Source: an uncultured Candidatus Saccharibacteria bacterium
GTDB lineage: Bacteria > Patescibacteriota > Minisyncoccia > UBA6257 > 1-14-0-10-44-23
DNA length: 64,000 nt
Direction of reading: 5' to 3'
Assembly (NCBI GenBank): GCA_964394435.1
Contig: CAYMXN010000002.1
Span: 206,196-270,195, forward strand
Shown here: positions 10,025 through 19,769 of the stretch, in pieces
How positions within the stretch are numbered: the first letter of the stretch is position 1
How the letters are laid out: every line of letters starts with the position of its first letter
Made by a program: the position numbers and the translations under genes
Notes under the pieces: generated by a model
The model's input: the letters and a program-made list of their open reading frames with translations, nothing else
Databases searched by the model: none
What the model was told of the DNA's origin: nothing

Positions 10025-11236
10025 TTAGAGTTGTCCGACGAGCTGGTAGATTGGGACAATTACTGCTAGTGCGACGGTGCCGATGATTGCTCCGATAAAG
10101 AGCAGCATGGTTGGTTCAATAAAAGTAATGGCGCTCTTAATTGAGGTATCGATTTCTGATTCATAAAATCTTCCGAGGGTTGCGAGGATTTCTTCGAGGT
10201 GCCCGGCTTTTTCGGATATTGCGATGAGGTTAGTTACCACTGCGGGAAACGCGTTTTCTCGACGAAAGGCTTCGCCGAGTGAGATGCCCTGGGCGACTCC
10301 TTGGTTGGCGACGCGAAATACGGCATCTTGGAGTTTTGGGTAGCCGATTGTTTGCGCGGTGATTGTTAGTGCGTCAATAATTGGCACTCCGGCACGTAAG
10401 AGCGACGAGAGCGTAGTCGCAAAGCGTTGTATCGCAAGTTGATACGAGATGCCTTTAATTATTGGGATGCGGACAAGCATACTCCTAAAGAAGTTCTTTC
10501 CGCTAAGCGTCCTTGAGAATATGAATATGGCGAGTCCGGCTATTACTCCGAGGCCGATAAACGCCCAAATGTATGTATTTATAAATAGACCGACTGCGAA
10601 TACGACGCGTGAAAATGCGGGCGGTTTAAATCCTCCGGATAGGAATATATTGGCGAGGCGTGGGAGGGCGAAGGTAGTTAAAAAGATCAAAATGAGTAAC
10701 GAGAGTCCGAGGAGAATCATTGGGTATACAAGCGCTCCGCGGATTTTTGAGCGCAGTGTTTTTTCTTTATCGAGCGCTTCGCTTAGATCCTCAAAGACGC
10801 GTTCAAGATTGCCCGAGGCTTCGCCTGATTTAACAAGATTGATAAAGATTGGAGAAAAATATTTTGGATAGCGCGTAAAGGTTGAGTAGAAGGGCTGACC
10901 GCGTTCAAGAGACTCTCGAATTTCAATTAACAATGCGCGTAGGGCTGGTTTTTCAAAGTCGGCGATTAATATGTTAATCGCTTGAAAGAGGTCGGTACCG
11001 ACTTTGAGCATAATCGCTAGATACTTTGTCAGAAATATCTTGTCGGTGATCGTAATTTTTTGTCCAAAGACATGACGGCCGGACTCACTCGCTTCACCGG
11101 TTTTCATTGCTTTAACGGAAACAGGGCGAAGTCCTTGGCTGGCAAGATTAATGAGTAGCTCCTGGGTGCTATTTGCCTCTGTCGTACCTTCGGTTATTTT
11201 CCCGCTTTGAGTTGATGCGACGTAGTGAAATTTCAT
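10025..11236 (-). CDS. pilC: type IV pilus inner-membrane platform protein PilC/GspF family
   Basis: 403 aa polytopic protein directly downstream of the PilB ATPase; GspF-like duplicated architecture. Confidence 0.75.
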   Translation of the reverse strand: MKFHYVASTQSGKITEGTTEANSTQELLINLASQGLRPVSVKAMKTGEASESGRHVFGQKITITDKIFLTKYLAIMLKVGTDLFQAINILIADFEKPALRALLIEIRESLERGQPFYSTFTRYPKYFSPIFINLVKSGEASGNLERVFEDLSEALDKEKTLRSKIRGALVYPMILLGLSLLILIFLTTFALPRLANIFLSGGFKPPAFSRVVFAVGLFINTYIWAFIGLGVIAGLAIFIFSRTLSGKNFFRSMLVRIPIIKGISYQLAIQRFATTLSSLLRAGVPIIDALTITAQTIGYPKLQDAVFRVANQGVAQGISLGEAFRRENAFPAVVTNLIAISEKAGHLEEILATLGRFYESEIDTSIKSAITFIEPTMLLFIGAIIGTVALAVIVPIYQLVGQL

Positions 11237-11338
11237 TCTAGTGAGTAGTTGGCCTTATACGTAGAAAGGGGCTTGGTATATGTATAAGTATATCAGATAA
11301 TTTGTTGCAAAAACGCCTGCATCTATGCAGGCGTTTGA

Positions 11339-13051
11339 TTATTCTCTGATGACACGAAGGATCTCGTCGATAGTTGTTGTTCCTCTAGTTACTTTGATGA
11401 GCCCGTCTTCAAACATTGTCTTCATTCCGGCTTTCTGCGCCATCTGGCGTAGACCGTCAATACTGAATTCCGGACTATGAATATACTGCCTTATTTCTTC
11501 GTTGACTTCGAGAATTTCAAAGATGCCTAATCTGCCACGGTAGCCGGTGTGTCCACATGACGGGCAGCCCTTTCCTTTGAATAGCGTCTTTGGCACTGGC
11601 GTTTTTTCTGGAGCGAGGCCAAGGTCTGCTATCTGGCGTTTAATGATGGCTACGATATCTGGGGTGATTTCATACGAGTATAAGCAGTCGAGGCAGATAC
11701 GGCGGACGAGTCGTTGTGCCAGCACTGCGTTTACTACTACTGCGATTAGAAATGGGGGAACTTTCATGTCTACGAGACGTGGAATCGCCGTTGGGGCGTC
11801 GTTGGTGTGGAGCGAGGAGAGTACGAGGTGTCCGGTTAGTGCTGCTTGGACAGAGATTTCAGCAGTTTCACTATCTCTAATCTCACCAACCATAATAATG
11901 TTTGGGTCTTGGCGGAGGATGGCGCGTAGGGCGCTGGCGAAGGTGATGCCAGCAGCTTCGTTGATTTGAGTTTGGTTGACGTATTTAATATCGTACTCGA
12001 TTGGATCTTCGACGGTTACGATATTAACTTCTGGTTTGTTGAGGAGGCTAAGTGTTGAGTATAGTGTCGTTGATTTACCTGAACCAGTTGGACCAGTTAC
12101 TAAAATCATTCCGTATGAGCGACTAATGTTTTCGGTGATGATTTTTATCATCTCGGGGAGCATGCCAAGCTCTTCGAGGGAGGGGACGTGTGAGTTTGAA
12201 AGGAGGAGGCGAAGCACGATTTTTTCGCCATAGAAGGTTGGAAGGATAGAGACGCGGATATCTACTGATTCGTTGCCAATCTTGTACTTAAAGCGTCCAT
12301 CTTGTGGATTGGTGTGTTCGTCGAGCTTCATCGCTGATAGGATTTTAAATCGAGCGACAACTGCCGGCAAAATATCTTTTTGGACGCGAATTATTTCATG
12401 TAAAATACCATCGATGCGGTAGCGGACTAAGATTTCTTTTTCGAGCGGTTCGATGTGTACGTCAGATGCGCGCAATGAGAGGGCGTAGGCGAGGATATTG
12501 TCTGTAATTGAGATAATGGGGACTTCTCCGGCCGCTTCAGAGTCTTTTTTACCAGCGAGCGTTAGCGATGCACGAATATTTTCCTGAATAATCTTCTTAA
12601 ATCCTTCTACGTGTTGTTTTCCATAGAAGGCGAAGATGCTATTGAGTGTTGTTTTGCCGGCTAAAAATGGTTTTACGTTGGATTGTAGTCTTGTTTCGAG
12701 AAATTCAATCGTATTTAGGTCGCTCGGGTCTTCCATGGCAACATCGACGGTGCCATCAGCTTCTCTTTTGAAGGTGATCACCCGGCGACTGCGAGCGTAA
12801 TCTTCGGGGATGAGGTTGAGTGTTTCAGCATCAATACTAGCTGGGTCCAGATTAGCCATTTGCACGCCAAAAAAATCGGCGAGCAGGTTATTATAATACT
12901 CATCGGTGATGATGCTTTTTGAGATGAGCATGTCGGCGATGCCTTGCCCCATGCGCTTACTCTCCGCTTGATATGCGTCAAAGTCTTCAGCAGAGATAAT
13001 TCCATCCTGTGTTAAGCTCGTTTTAAGTTGTTCGGCGGGGATTTGAAACAT
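11339..13051 (-). CDS. pilB: type IV pilus assembly ATPase PilB/GspE
   Basis: 570 aa; Walker A VTGPTGSGKSTT; His box; tetracysteine motif CLDC...CPSCGHTGY typical of GspE ATPases. Confidence 0.9.
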   Translation of the reverse strand: MFQIPAEQLKTSLTQDGIISAEDFDAYQAESKRMGQGIADMLISKSIITDEYYNNLLADFFGVQMANLDPASIDAETLNLIPEDYARSRRVITFKREADGTVDVAMEDPSDLNTIEFLETRLQSNVKPFLAGKTTLNSIFAFYGKQHVEGFKKIIQENIRASLTLAGKKDSEAAGEVPIISITDNILAYALSLRASDVHIEPLEKEILVRYRIDGILHEIIRVQKDILPAVVARFKILSAMKLDEHTNPQDGRFKYKIGNESVDIRVSILPTFYGEKIVLRLLLSNSHVPSLEELGMLPEMIKIITENISRSYGMILVTGPTGSGKSTTLYSTLSLLNKPEVNIVTVEDPIEYDIKYVNQTQINEAAGITFASALRAILRQDPNIIMVGEIRDSETAEISVQAALTGHLVLSSLHTNDAPTAIPRLVDMKVPPFLIAVVVNAVLAQRLVRRICLDCLYSYEITPDIVAIIKRQIADLGLAPEKTPVPKTLFKGKGCPSCGHTGYRGRLGIFEILEVNEEIRQYIHSPEFSIDGLRQMAQKAGMKTMFEDGLIKVTRGTTTIDEILRVIRE

Positions 13052-13093
13052 AGGCGATTTCTGTTATTAGTTTACCACGACCGCTTCAGGTTG

Positions 13094-13681
13094 TTATCCT
13101 CCGTACAGGCGTAGCTGCGCTAATGTGCTGATTTTGAGAATAAAGCTACCGAGCAGTAGCGTGGCTATAGCGAATGGAATCCAGTAGCGGTAAAAAGAAA
13201 CGCGCTGCTTTTTTTGGGAGATTGATTTAGTAATAGTAATGAGTACGTAGAATAATAGTGAAAGGCATAGATACGCTATCCAAAGCGGGTGTCCTACGAG
13301 AAATATACATAAAGCGATAAGTATTGTTTCTTCTGGTTCAAAAATCGCTGCTCGTTTTGCTTGAGGAAGCAGTTTGATAAGTCCGAGCAGTACTGTGCTG
13401 ATGGCGAGTGCGATTAGGTATGTGCTAACTATTTGCGTCCACGCGGTGTGTAGAAAATAGGTCACGGGTGCGTAGGGTGGGGCGAGGTATTTTAATGGTG
13501 GCTCGCTGGTTTGCCAAGCGAGGAAGAGGCGGTGTGCTTTGACGCATATCGCCCCTATGACAACTAGCACGAGCGCTAAGCTGATAGACTTTTGATTTTT
13601 AACCAAAAAGGGACGCAGCTTGAGCTGCATCCCCCAAAGGATTATCAGAAGACTTAGATTGATGAGGGTGATTTGATCCAT
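13094..13681 (-). CDS. polytopic membrane protein, putative prepilin peptidase (A24-like)
   Basis: 195 aa; 5-6 TM segments; lies between pilB and the pilin genes; C-terminal IPFAIATLLLG resembles the A24 IPFGPFL motif. Catalytic Asp residues not confidently identified. Confidence 0.35.
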   Translation of the reverse strand: MDQITLINLSLLIILWGMQLKLRPFLVKNQKSISLALVLVVIGAICVKAHRLFLAWQTSEPPLKYLAPPYAPVTYFLHTAWTQIVSTYLIALAISTVLLGLIKLLPQAKRAAIFEPEETILIALCIFLVGHPLWIAYLCLSLLFYVLITITKSISQKKQRVSFYRYWIPFAIATLLLGSFILKISTLAQLRLYGG

Positions 13682-13687
13682 TATCGC

Positions 13688-14263
13688 CTAGAGGTCGAGT
13701 CCTGCGTCAGTGCCGGTTTCGTATACGTCGGCGCTGTTGCCGCCGTCGGTTGATTCGAAGTCATCCGAACCACCGTTTTGATAGCGAGCAGACTCCATAT
13801 TGGCGTTTAACTCGAACGTCTTGTTCGTGTTGTCGCAAGAATAGCCGTAGTAGTACGTTGTGCCAGTAGTGACTGGGTCGCGTGGTAATACCGCGAGTGG
13901 GGAGCCACCAGTGGTTGAGGCGAGGTTAACTGCGGCCCAACCAGCACCGTCAACGGTGAAAACCCCAGCGTGTGCGATGGTTGCGGCGGTCATGGTTGAT
14001 GAAACACCCGCTTTGTCTGATCCAAAGTTGGTTCCACAGGTGAATCCCGCGCCGCCCTGAAGGGATGGAGAGGAGACGGTGGTCAAGTAGAGGGTGATCG
14101 CGCTCTTTAGGTTGCCTAAGTCGGTGATACGCTGACTGTCACGAGCTTGAGCAAAGAGCTGCGCTGGGTTAAGTACTAAGACGGTTACGGTTGCTAAGAT
14201 GGCTAAGATGGCGATGACGACGAGCAGTTCGATGAGTGTAAATCCTTTTTTAGTTGGGTTCAT
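13688..14263 (-). CDS. type IV major pilin (PilA-like), copy 1
   Basis: MNPTKKG|FTLIELLVVIAILAILA is a classic prepilin leader plus N-methylated hydrophobic helix. Confidence 0.85.
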   Translation of the reverse strand: MNPTKKGFTLIELLVVIAILAILATVTVLVLNPAQLFAQARDSQRITDLGNLKSAITLYLTTVSSPSLQGGAGFTCGTNFGSDKAGVSSTMTAATIAHAGVFTVDGAGWAAVNLASTTGGSPLAVLPRDPVTTGTTYYYGYSCDNTNKTFELNANMESARYQNGGSDDFESTDGGNSADVYETGTDAGLDL

Positions 14264-14340
14264 ACGTATTAATTATTAAGTTATGTCCTAAGCATACCGC
14301 AGTATGTCTTTGCTCGATAGCAGGGATAATGTGGATAACA

Positions 14341-14368
14341 AAAAACCCGCATATTTTGCGGGTTTTTT
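14341..14368 (-). terminator. rho-independent terminator downstream of pilin copy 2
   Basis: aaaaacccgcatattttgcgggtttttt: GC stem plus T-tract, A/T-flanked and bidirectional. Confidence 0.7.
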
Positions 14369-14379
14369 GTTCTATCGTC

Positions 14380-14946
14380 TTAGAGATCGAGCGCTGGGTC
14401 GGTGCCGGTTTCGTATACGCTGGCACTGTTGCCGCCATCGGTTGATTCGACATCGTCAGAGCCACCGTTGGCGTAACGCGTTGACTCCATATTGGCGTTT
14501 AACTCGAACGTCTTGTTCGTGTTGTCGCAAGAATAGCCGTAGTAGTACGTTGTGCCAGTAGTGACTGGGTCGCGTGGTAATACCGCGAGTGGGGAGCCAC
14601 CAGTGGTTGAGGCGAGGTTAACTGCGGCCCAACCAGCACCGTCAACGGTGAAAACCCCAGCGTGTGCGATGGTTGCGGCGGTCATGGTTGATGAAACACC
14701 CGCTTTGTCTGATCCAAAGTTGGTTCCACAGGTGAATCCCGCGCCGCCCTGAAGGGATGGAGAGGAGACGGTGGTCAAGTAGAGGGTGATCGCGCTCTTT
14801 AGGTTGCCTAAGTCGGTGATACGCTGACTGTCACGAGCTTGAGCAAAGAGCTGCGCTGGGTTAAGTACTAAGACGGTTACGGTTGCTAAGATGGCTAAGA
14901 TGGCGATGACGACGAGCAGTTCGATGAGTGTAAATCCTTTTTTCAT
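14380..14946 (-). CDS. type IV major pilin (PilA-like), copy 2
   Basis: MKKG|FTLIELLVVIAILAILA; protein identical to copy 1 except the last ~30 residues. Confidence 0.85.
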   Translation of the reverse strand: MKKGFTLIELLVVIAILAILATVTVLVLNPAQLFAQARDSQRITDLGNLKSAITLYLTTVSSPSLQGGAGFTCGTNFGSDKAGVSSTMTAATIAHAGVFTVDGAGWAAVNLASTTGGSPLAVLPRDPVTTGTTYYYGYSCDNTNKTFELNANMESTRYANGGSDDVESTDGGNSASVYETGTDPALDL

Positions 14947-15108
14947 AGAAGTGGTTAATGTTATGTTGTGTGGCTGTATGCTAATGCGCGTATCAGCCGG
15001 TGAAAAAGTACGACCGTTTGATTGGATCGACCAACGGATATACGTGTACTTATTTAGTAAGTATACACGGGTTAGTATTTTCCTACCTATCTAATGTGGA
15101 TAAGTAGT

Positions 15109-15516
15109 TTATTGCGGAGTTGTTTGGCTTGGCTCGCTTGTCGGATTAAGAAATCCTTTGATGCGTTTGATGAGGTCGTCAATCAAGATGCGCGCTTTAA
15201 TGAAATAATCGATAGCCCCTAGTTCTTTGGCTTTTTGAATATCGCTATCTTGACCAAGATTGCTAATAACCATAAACGGTGTTTTGCTCGTTTTGGGGTC
15301 TTTTTGAATCTCTTCCATAACTTCAAACCCTAGTTTTTTTGGAAGAATGATATCGATTAAGACGAGGTCTGGCTTGAATGTCCTAAGCGTTGAGAGTACT
15401 TCTTCTCCGTCTTTGGCGACCTGGACGTCGAAACTTTCTCGTTTGAGACGGTTTTTGATAAGCGTTGAAAGGAACTCGTCATCTTCGGCTACAAGGATTT
15501 TTTTGAGGTCGGGCAT
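15109..15516 (-). CDS. stand-alone response-regulator receiver (CheY-like)
   Basis: MPDLKKILVAEDDEFL...DLVLIDIILP...ISNLGQ...KELGAIDYF. Start set at the internal Met (ATG rc at 15514-15516); the longer track ORF would read through the terminator. Confidence 0.8.
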   Translation of the reverse strand: MPDLKKILVAEDDEFLSTLIKNRLKRESFDVQVAKDGEEVLSTLRTFKPDLVLIDIILPKKLGFEVMEEIQKDPKTSKTPFMVISNLGQDSDIQKAKELGAIDYFIKARILIDDLIKRIKGFLNPTSEPSQTTPQ

Positions 15517-15570
15517 ATAAGCGATGAGTATTGGTAGTAGTATAGCAGGGGATGGATTAGTTTCAAAACA

Positions 15571-15596
15571 AAAAGCAGCCATTCGGCTGCTTTTTT
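15571..15596. terminator. bidirectional rho-independent terminator between the 16S 3' end and the receiver gene
   Basis: aaagcagcc-attc-ggctgc-tttttt; U-tract on both strands. Confidence 0.7.
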
Positions 15597-15754
15597 GCAT
15601 CAGTATGATCAAATACTTTGTAGTTGCCCCAACCATACAATCTCCCAAACCTTGCGGTAAGGGGAAGGTGTCGTGACTTAAAAGCTCCACGACCAACACT
15701 TATTTGTTTTATCAAAATCGACACTCCTTTAATCTCCGAAGAGAAAAAAGAAAA

Positions 15755-17292
<1,538 letters not shown>

Positions 17293-17765
17293 AAAGTATT
17301 TATTTGTCATATGGTTCCTTGCGGAGTCATATGACATCCAAATACTAGACATTGGGACAACTACAAATTATTTGATCTAGTCATACCTTCATATCCATGA
17401 AGGTATTTATTGTGTGCTTCTAAAACCGACTCGCTAGTCATTTTAGAGAGCACTACCTCATCACAACCGATGCTGTGGTTGATGATGAAGCTATCTTGTC
17501 TCACATCTTTCGATAGAGACGTTTTTTCAATGAACTGACGGTGGACTCCTTTTGGTAAAAGGAATACACCTGCCTTGAGGTCCTAGCTTTGATAGGGCTC
17601 CAGGGCAGATGTATCTGGTATATGTTTTGTATTCAGTTGTCTAAAGGCGAAGAGTGCTTTTTGCCTTTTATTGAGCCATGTCTGCAGCAGAAGAAGACTT
17701 GGTTCAACTCGTGAGTACTAGTATAGTCGGGGCGAAATAAATGTCAAGCAGGTATTTGTGAAAAA

Positions 17766-17794
17766 TTAAAAACCGCCTGGATGGGCGGTTTTTA
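17766..17794 (-). terminator. rho-independent terminator downstream of the DoxX gene
   Basis: aaaaaccgcctggatgggcggttttt. Confidence 0.7.
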
Positions 17795-17804
17795 GCTGAT
17801 AGTT

Positions 17805-18368
17805 TTAGTGTTTTGGTTCTACCTTGCAGACACCGCCGGAACACTTGTTGTCTTTGCAGCAAGAGTTGCAGGCTCCATCTGTGCAGCAGCCGTCAGCGCA
17901 GCCAGAACCTCCCATAAGCGCCCATTTGCCTGGGCCGGTAATCATAAGCGAGAAGACGCCGGCTCCGAGAAGCAGGGCGAGCTCTGGACCGCCGTTGTTA
18001 ACGAAGAATCCGTGGCCAAGGTGCGCGGTAAAAATCGCAACGAGCATATCAATAAGCAGCGCCTTGCTGACCAAGTGGGTGAGTATGCCGAGGATTAAAG
18101 CGATACCACCGAGAAACTCAACCCAGGTAACTACAAATGCGAAAAATGTGGCTGCAGGAATACCGAGCGTGGTAAAAAATCCGGCAACGCCGGCGTTACC
18201 CATTTGTACTTTTTGCCAGCCGTGTAATGCGAACGAGAGACCGATGACAACGCGCAACACGAGGGGAGCAAATGAACTCCAGCTTTTGGCGCACTTACAG
18301 CTTAGAAGACCTTTCAGCATACAGTTGATAATGTAAATAGTAATTAATAAATAAGTAATCGACTTCAT
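17805..18368 (-). CDS. DoxX-family membrane protein with a C-terminal Cys-rich tail
   Basis: DoxX-like TM core (LVLRVVIGLSFALHGWQKV...); C-terminal GCADGCCTDGACNSCCKDNKCSGGVCK carries 9 Cys in 27 aa. Confidence 0.55.
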   Translation of the reverse strand: MKSITYLLITIYIINCMLKGLLSCKCAKSWSSFAPLVLRVVIGLSFALHGWQKVQMGNAGVAGFFTTLGIPAATFFAFVVTWVEFLGGIALILGILTHLVSKALLIDMLVAIFTAHLGHGFFVNNGGPELALLLGAGVFSLMITGPGKWALMGGSGCADGCCTDGACNSCCKDNKCSGGVCKVEPKH

Positions 18369-18434
18369 CTAGTATAGCGTATGAAAATAAAACTGCGCCA
18401 GCGTTTCGCAGGGAAACGGTGGCGCAGGGGGGGG

Positions 18435-18881
18435 CTAAGCTGCGGGGCGAACGGGGCGACGGGGGACGATGGGGACTACAGCGAGACGACAAATCGCTTC
18501 TTTGAGGGCGCTGTTCCCGTAGGCTCGGGCGTCGACTGTCCAGTTGACGGTCCTGGGGTCGGCGCAGAGACTACTGATCATTCGCGACTCGATGAGCGTG
18601 TATCCTTCGTATCCGACGAGTAGCACCGTAGGGATGTCGTGCTCGACATTCTGACGCTGCAGGGCGATGCCGTGGAGCCCCATGCTCCCTGGATCGTCTC
18701 TGTGGCGCCGGATGTCGGCGGCGATAATGATCCCGGTCGGGGACTTGATCGCCTGCACTTCATCGATGCACGTCGCGACTACCACTTCTGCCGCTGGGAG
18801 TATGCCCTTCAGCTCTACTCCTGCCTGCTGCGCGACCTTTTTGAGAGGTAGCGCAACGACGATCTTCGTGAGAATGCGCAA
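18435..18881 (-). CDS. hypothetical protein in a GC-rich islet (TTG start, strong SD)
   Basis: 148-aa ORF in a segment of about 60% GC. AAAGGAGGG lies 7 nt upstream of the TTG start. Followed by terminator hairpin CTGCGCCA..TGGCGCAG plus TTTTATTTT. Confidence 0.4.
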   Translation of the reverse strand: MRILTKIVVALPLKKVAQQAGVELKGILPAAEVVVATCIDEVQAIKSPTGIIIAADIRRHRDDPGSMGLHGIALQRQNVEHDIPTVLLVGYEGYTLIESRMISSLCADPRTVNWTVDARAYGNSALKEAICRLAVVPIVPRRPVRPAA

Positions 18882-18982
18882 GGCACCCTCCTTTATCGGC
18901 CTAGGGGATTACGCTAGGCACGCAGGAATAAGTAAATATCGTTTGAGTAGGCGTTGTCAAATCCACATCTTTGGGTTGAAAA

Positions 18983-19010
18983 TTGACAAATTTTAGTCTT
19001 TCTATATAAT
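18983..19010 (+). promoter_or_regulatory. sigma70-type promoter for rpmE (TTGACA-16-TATAAT)
   Basis: ttgaca at 18983-18988 and tataat at 19005-19010; ATG at 19022 leaves a 5' UTR of only about 5-6 nt. Confidence 0.55.
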
Positions 19011-19021
19011 CGAAAGCACTT

Positions 19022-19285
19022 ATGAAACAAGATATCCACCCTACATATTTCAATAAAGCGACTGCGACTTGTGGTTGCGGCAAGGTGTACACGCTCGGCT
19101 CTACGGTTGAGAAGATTAGCGTAGACATTTGCGCGAACTGCCACCCATTTTTTACCGGCAAAGAGAAGCTTATCGATACGGCTGGTAAGGTAGAGAAGTT
19201 TAAGGCTCGTCGTGCGACTGCGGCGGCTGCTCCAAAGAAAGAGAAAAAGGTGCGCGTTGCGAAAAACAAGAAAGACGTTAAGTAA
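19022..19285 (+). CDS. rpmE: 50S ribosomal protein L31 with Lys/Ala-rich C-terminal extension
   Basis: MKQDIHPTYF...CGCGKVYTLGSTV...CANCHPFFTGK has the L31 Zn-ribbon motifs. Confidence 0.85.
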   Translation: MKQDIHPTYFNKATATCGCGKVYTLGSTVEKISVDICANCHPFFTGKEKLIDTAGKVEKFKARRATAAAAPKKEKKVRVAKNKKDVK

Positions 19286-19286
19286 T

Positions 19287-19318
19287 AAAAATCCCGCCAG
19301 TTGGCGGGATTTTTATTT
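19287..19318 (+). terminator. rho-independent terminator after rpmE
   Basis: aaaaatcccgccagttggcgggatttttatttt. Confidence 0.7.
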
Positions 19319-19764
19319 TATTTCTTCTTATTAAATGGTTTGAAGTTCATTGTTTTTTGCATGCGAATCGCTGGGCCAGCAGGGTTGATCGCGTCTTCGA
19401 TACGCTGGCGATGCGTCGGGATAAGCGAAGCGGGGAGTTTGTCGAGCGGGAAAAATCCAACAGCCAGGGTTTCGTCTGATAGTTTTTGCCGTCCGCCAAT
19501 GATCTCGCCACGGAAGGCGAGGACGATATTATTGGCCTTGCGTTTTACATAGATGCCGGTGAGCTTTTGAATCTTTACCTTAAACCCGGTTTCCTCGTAG
19601 ATCTCACGGGCGGCACAGTGTTGTGGCCACTCTCCATATTGGAGTCCGCCACCAGGAATCGCCCACTTGCCATTATCTTCACGCTGAATTAGCAGTACCT
19701 TGCCTCTCTTGATAACAATCGTGAAGCAGCCAATGGTAAATTCCGGTTGTTTGCCGATATTCAT
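19318..19764 (-). CDS. NUDIX hydrolase
   Basis: Nudix box GGGLQYGEWPQHCAAREIYEETG; start taken at internal Met MNIGKQ (ATG rc at 19762-19764). Confidence 0.8.
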   Translation of the reverse strand: MNIGKQPEFTIGCFTIVIKRGKVLLIQREDNGKWAIPGGGLQYGEWPQHCAAREIYEETGFKVKIQKLTGIYVKRKANNIVLAFRGEIIGGRQKLSDETLAVGFFPLDKLPASLIPTHRQRIEDAINPAGPAIRMQKTMNFKPFNKKK

Positions 19765-19769
19765 AGCTT

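Larger units (their letters stand above)
13688..14946 (-). repeat. tandem direct duplication of the pilin gene (~460-500 bp near-identical DNA, 692-bp period)
   Basis: The overlapping plus-strand ORFs 13860..14060 and 14552..14752 translate identically. The DNA from about 13790-14250 matches 14482-14942 with only a handful of mismatches, all near the 3' ends. Confidence 0.85.

Noticed and set aside
18381-18996. Multiple overlapping plus and minus ORFs in the 18.4-18.9 kb region
   Set aside because: High GC generates open frames in several phases. Only the minus-strand 148-aa frame has an SD, a start and a terminator in a consistent arrangement.
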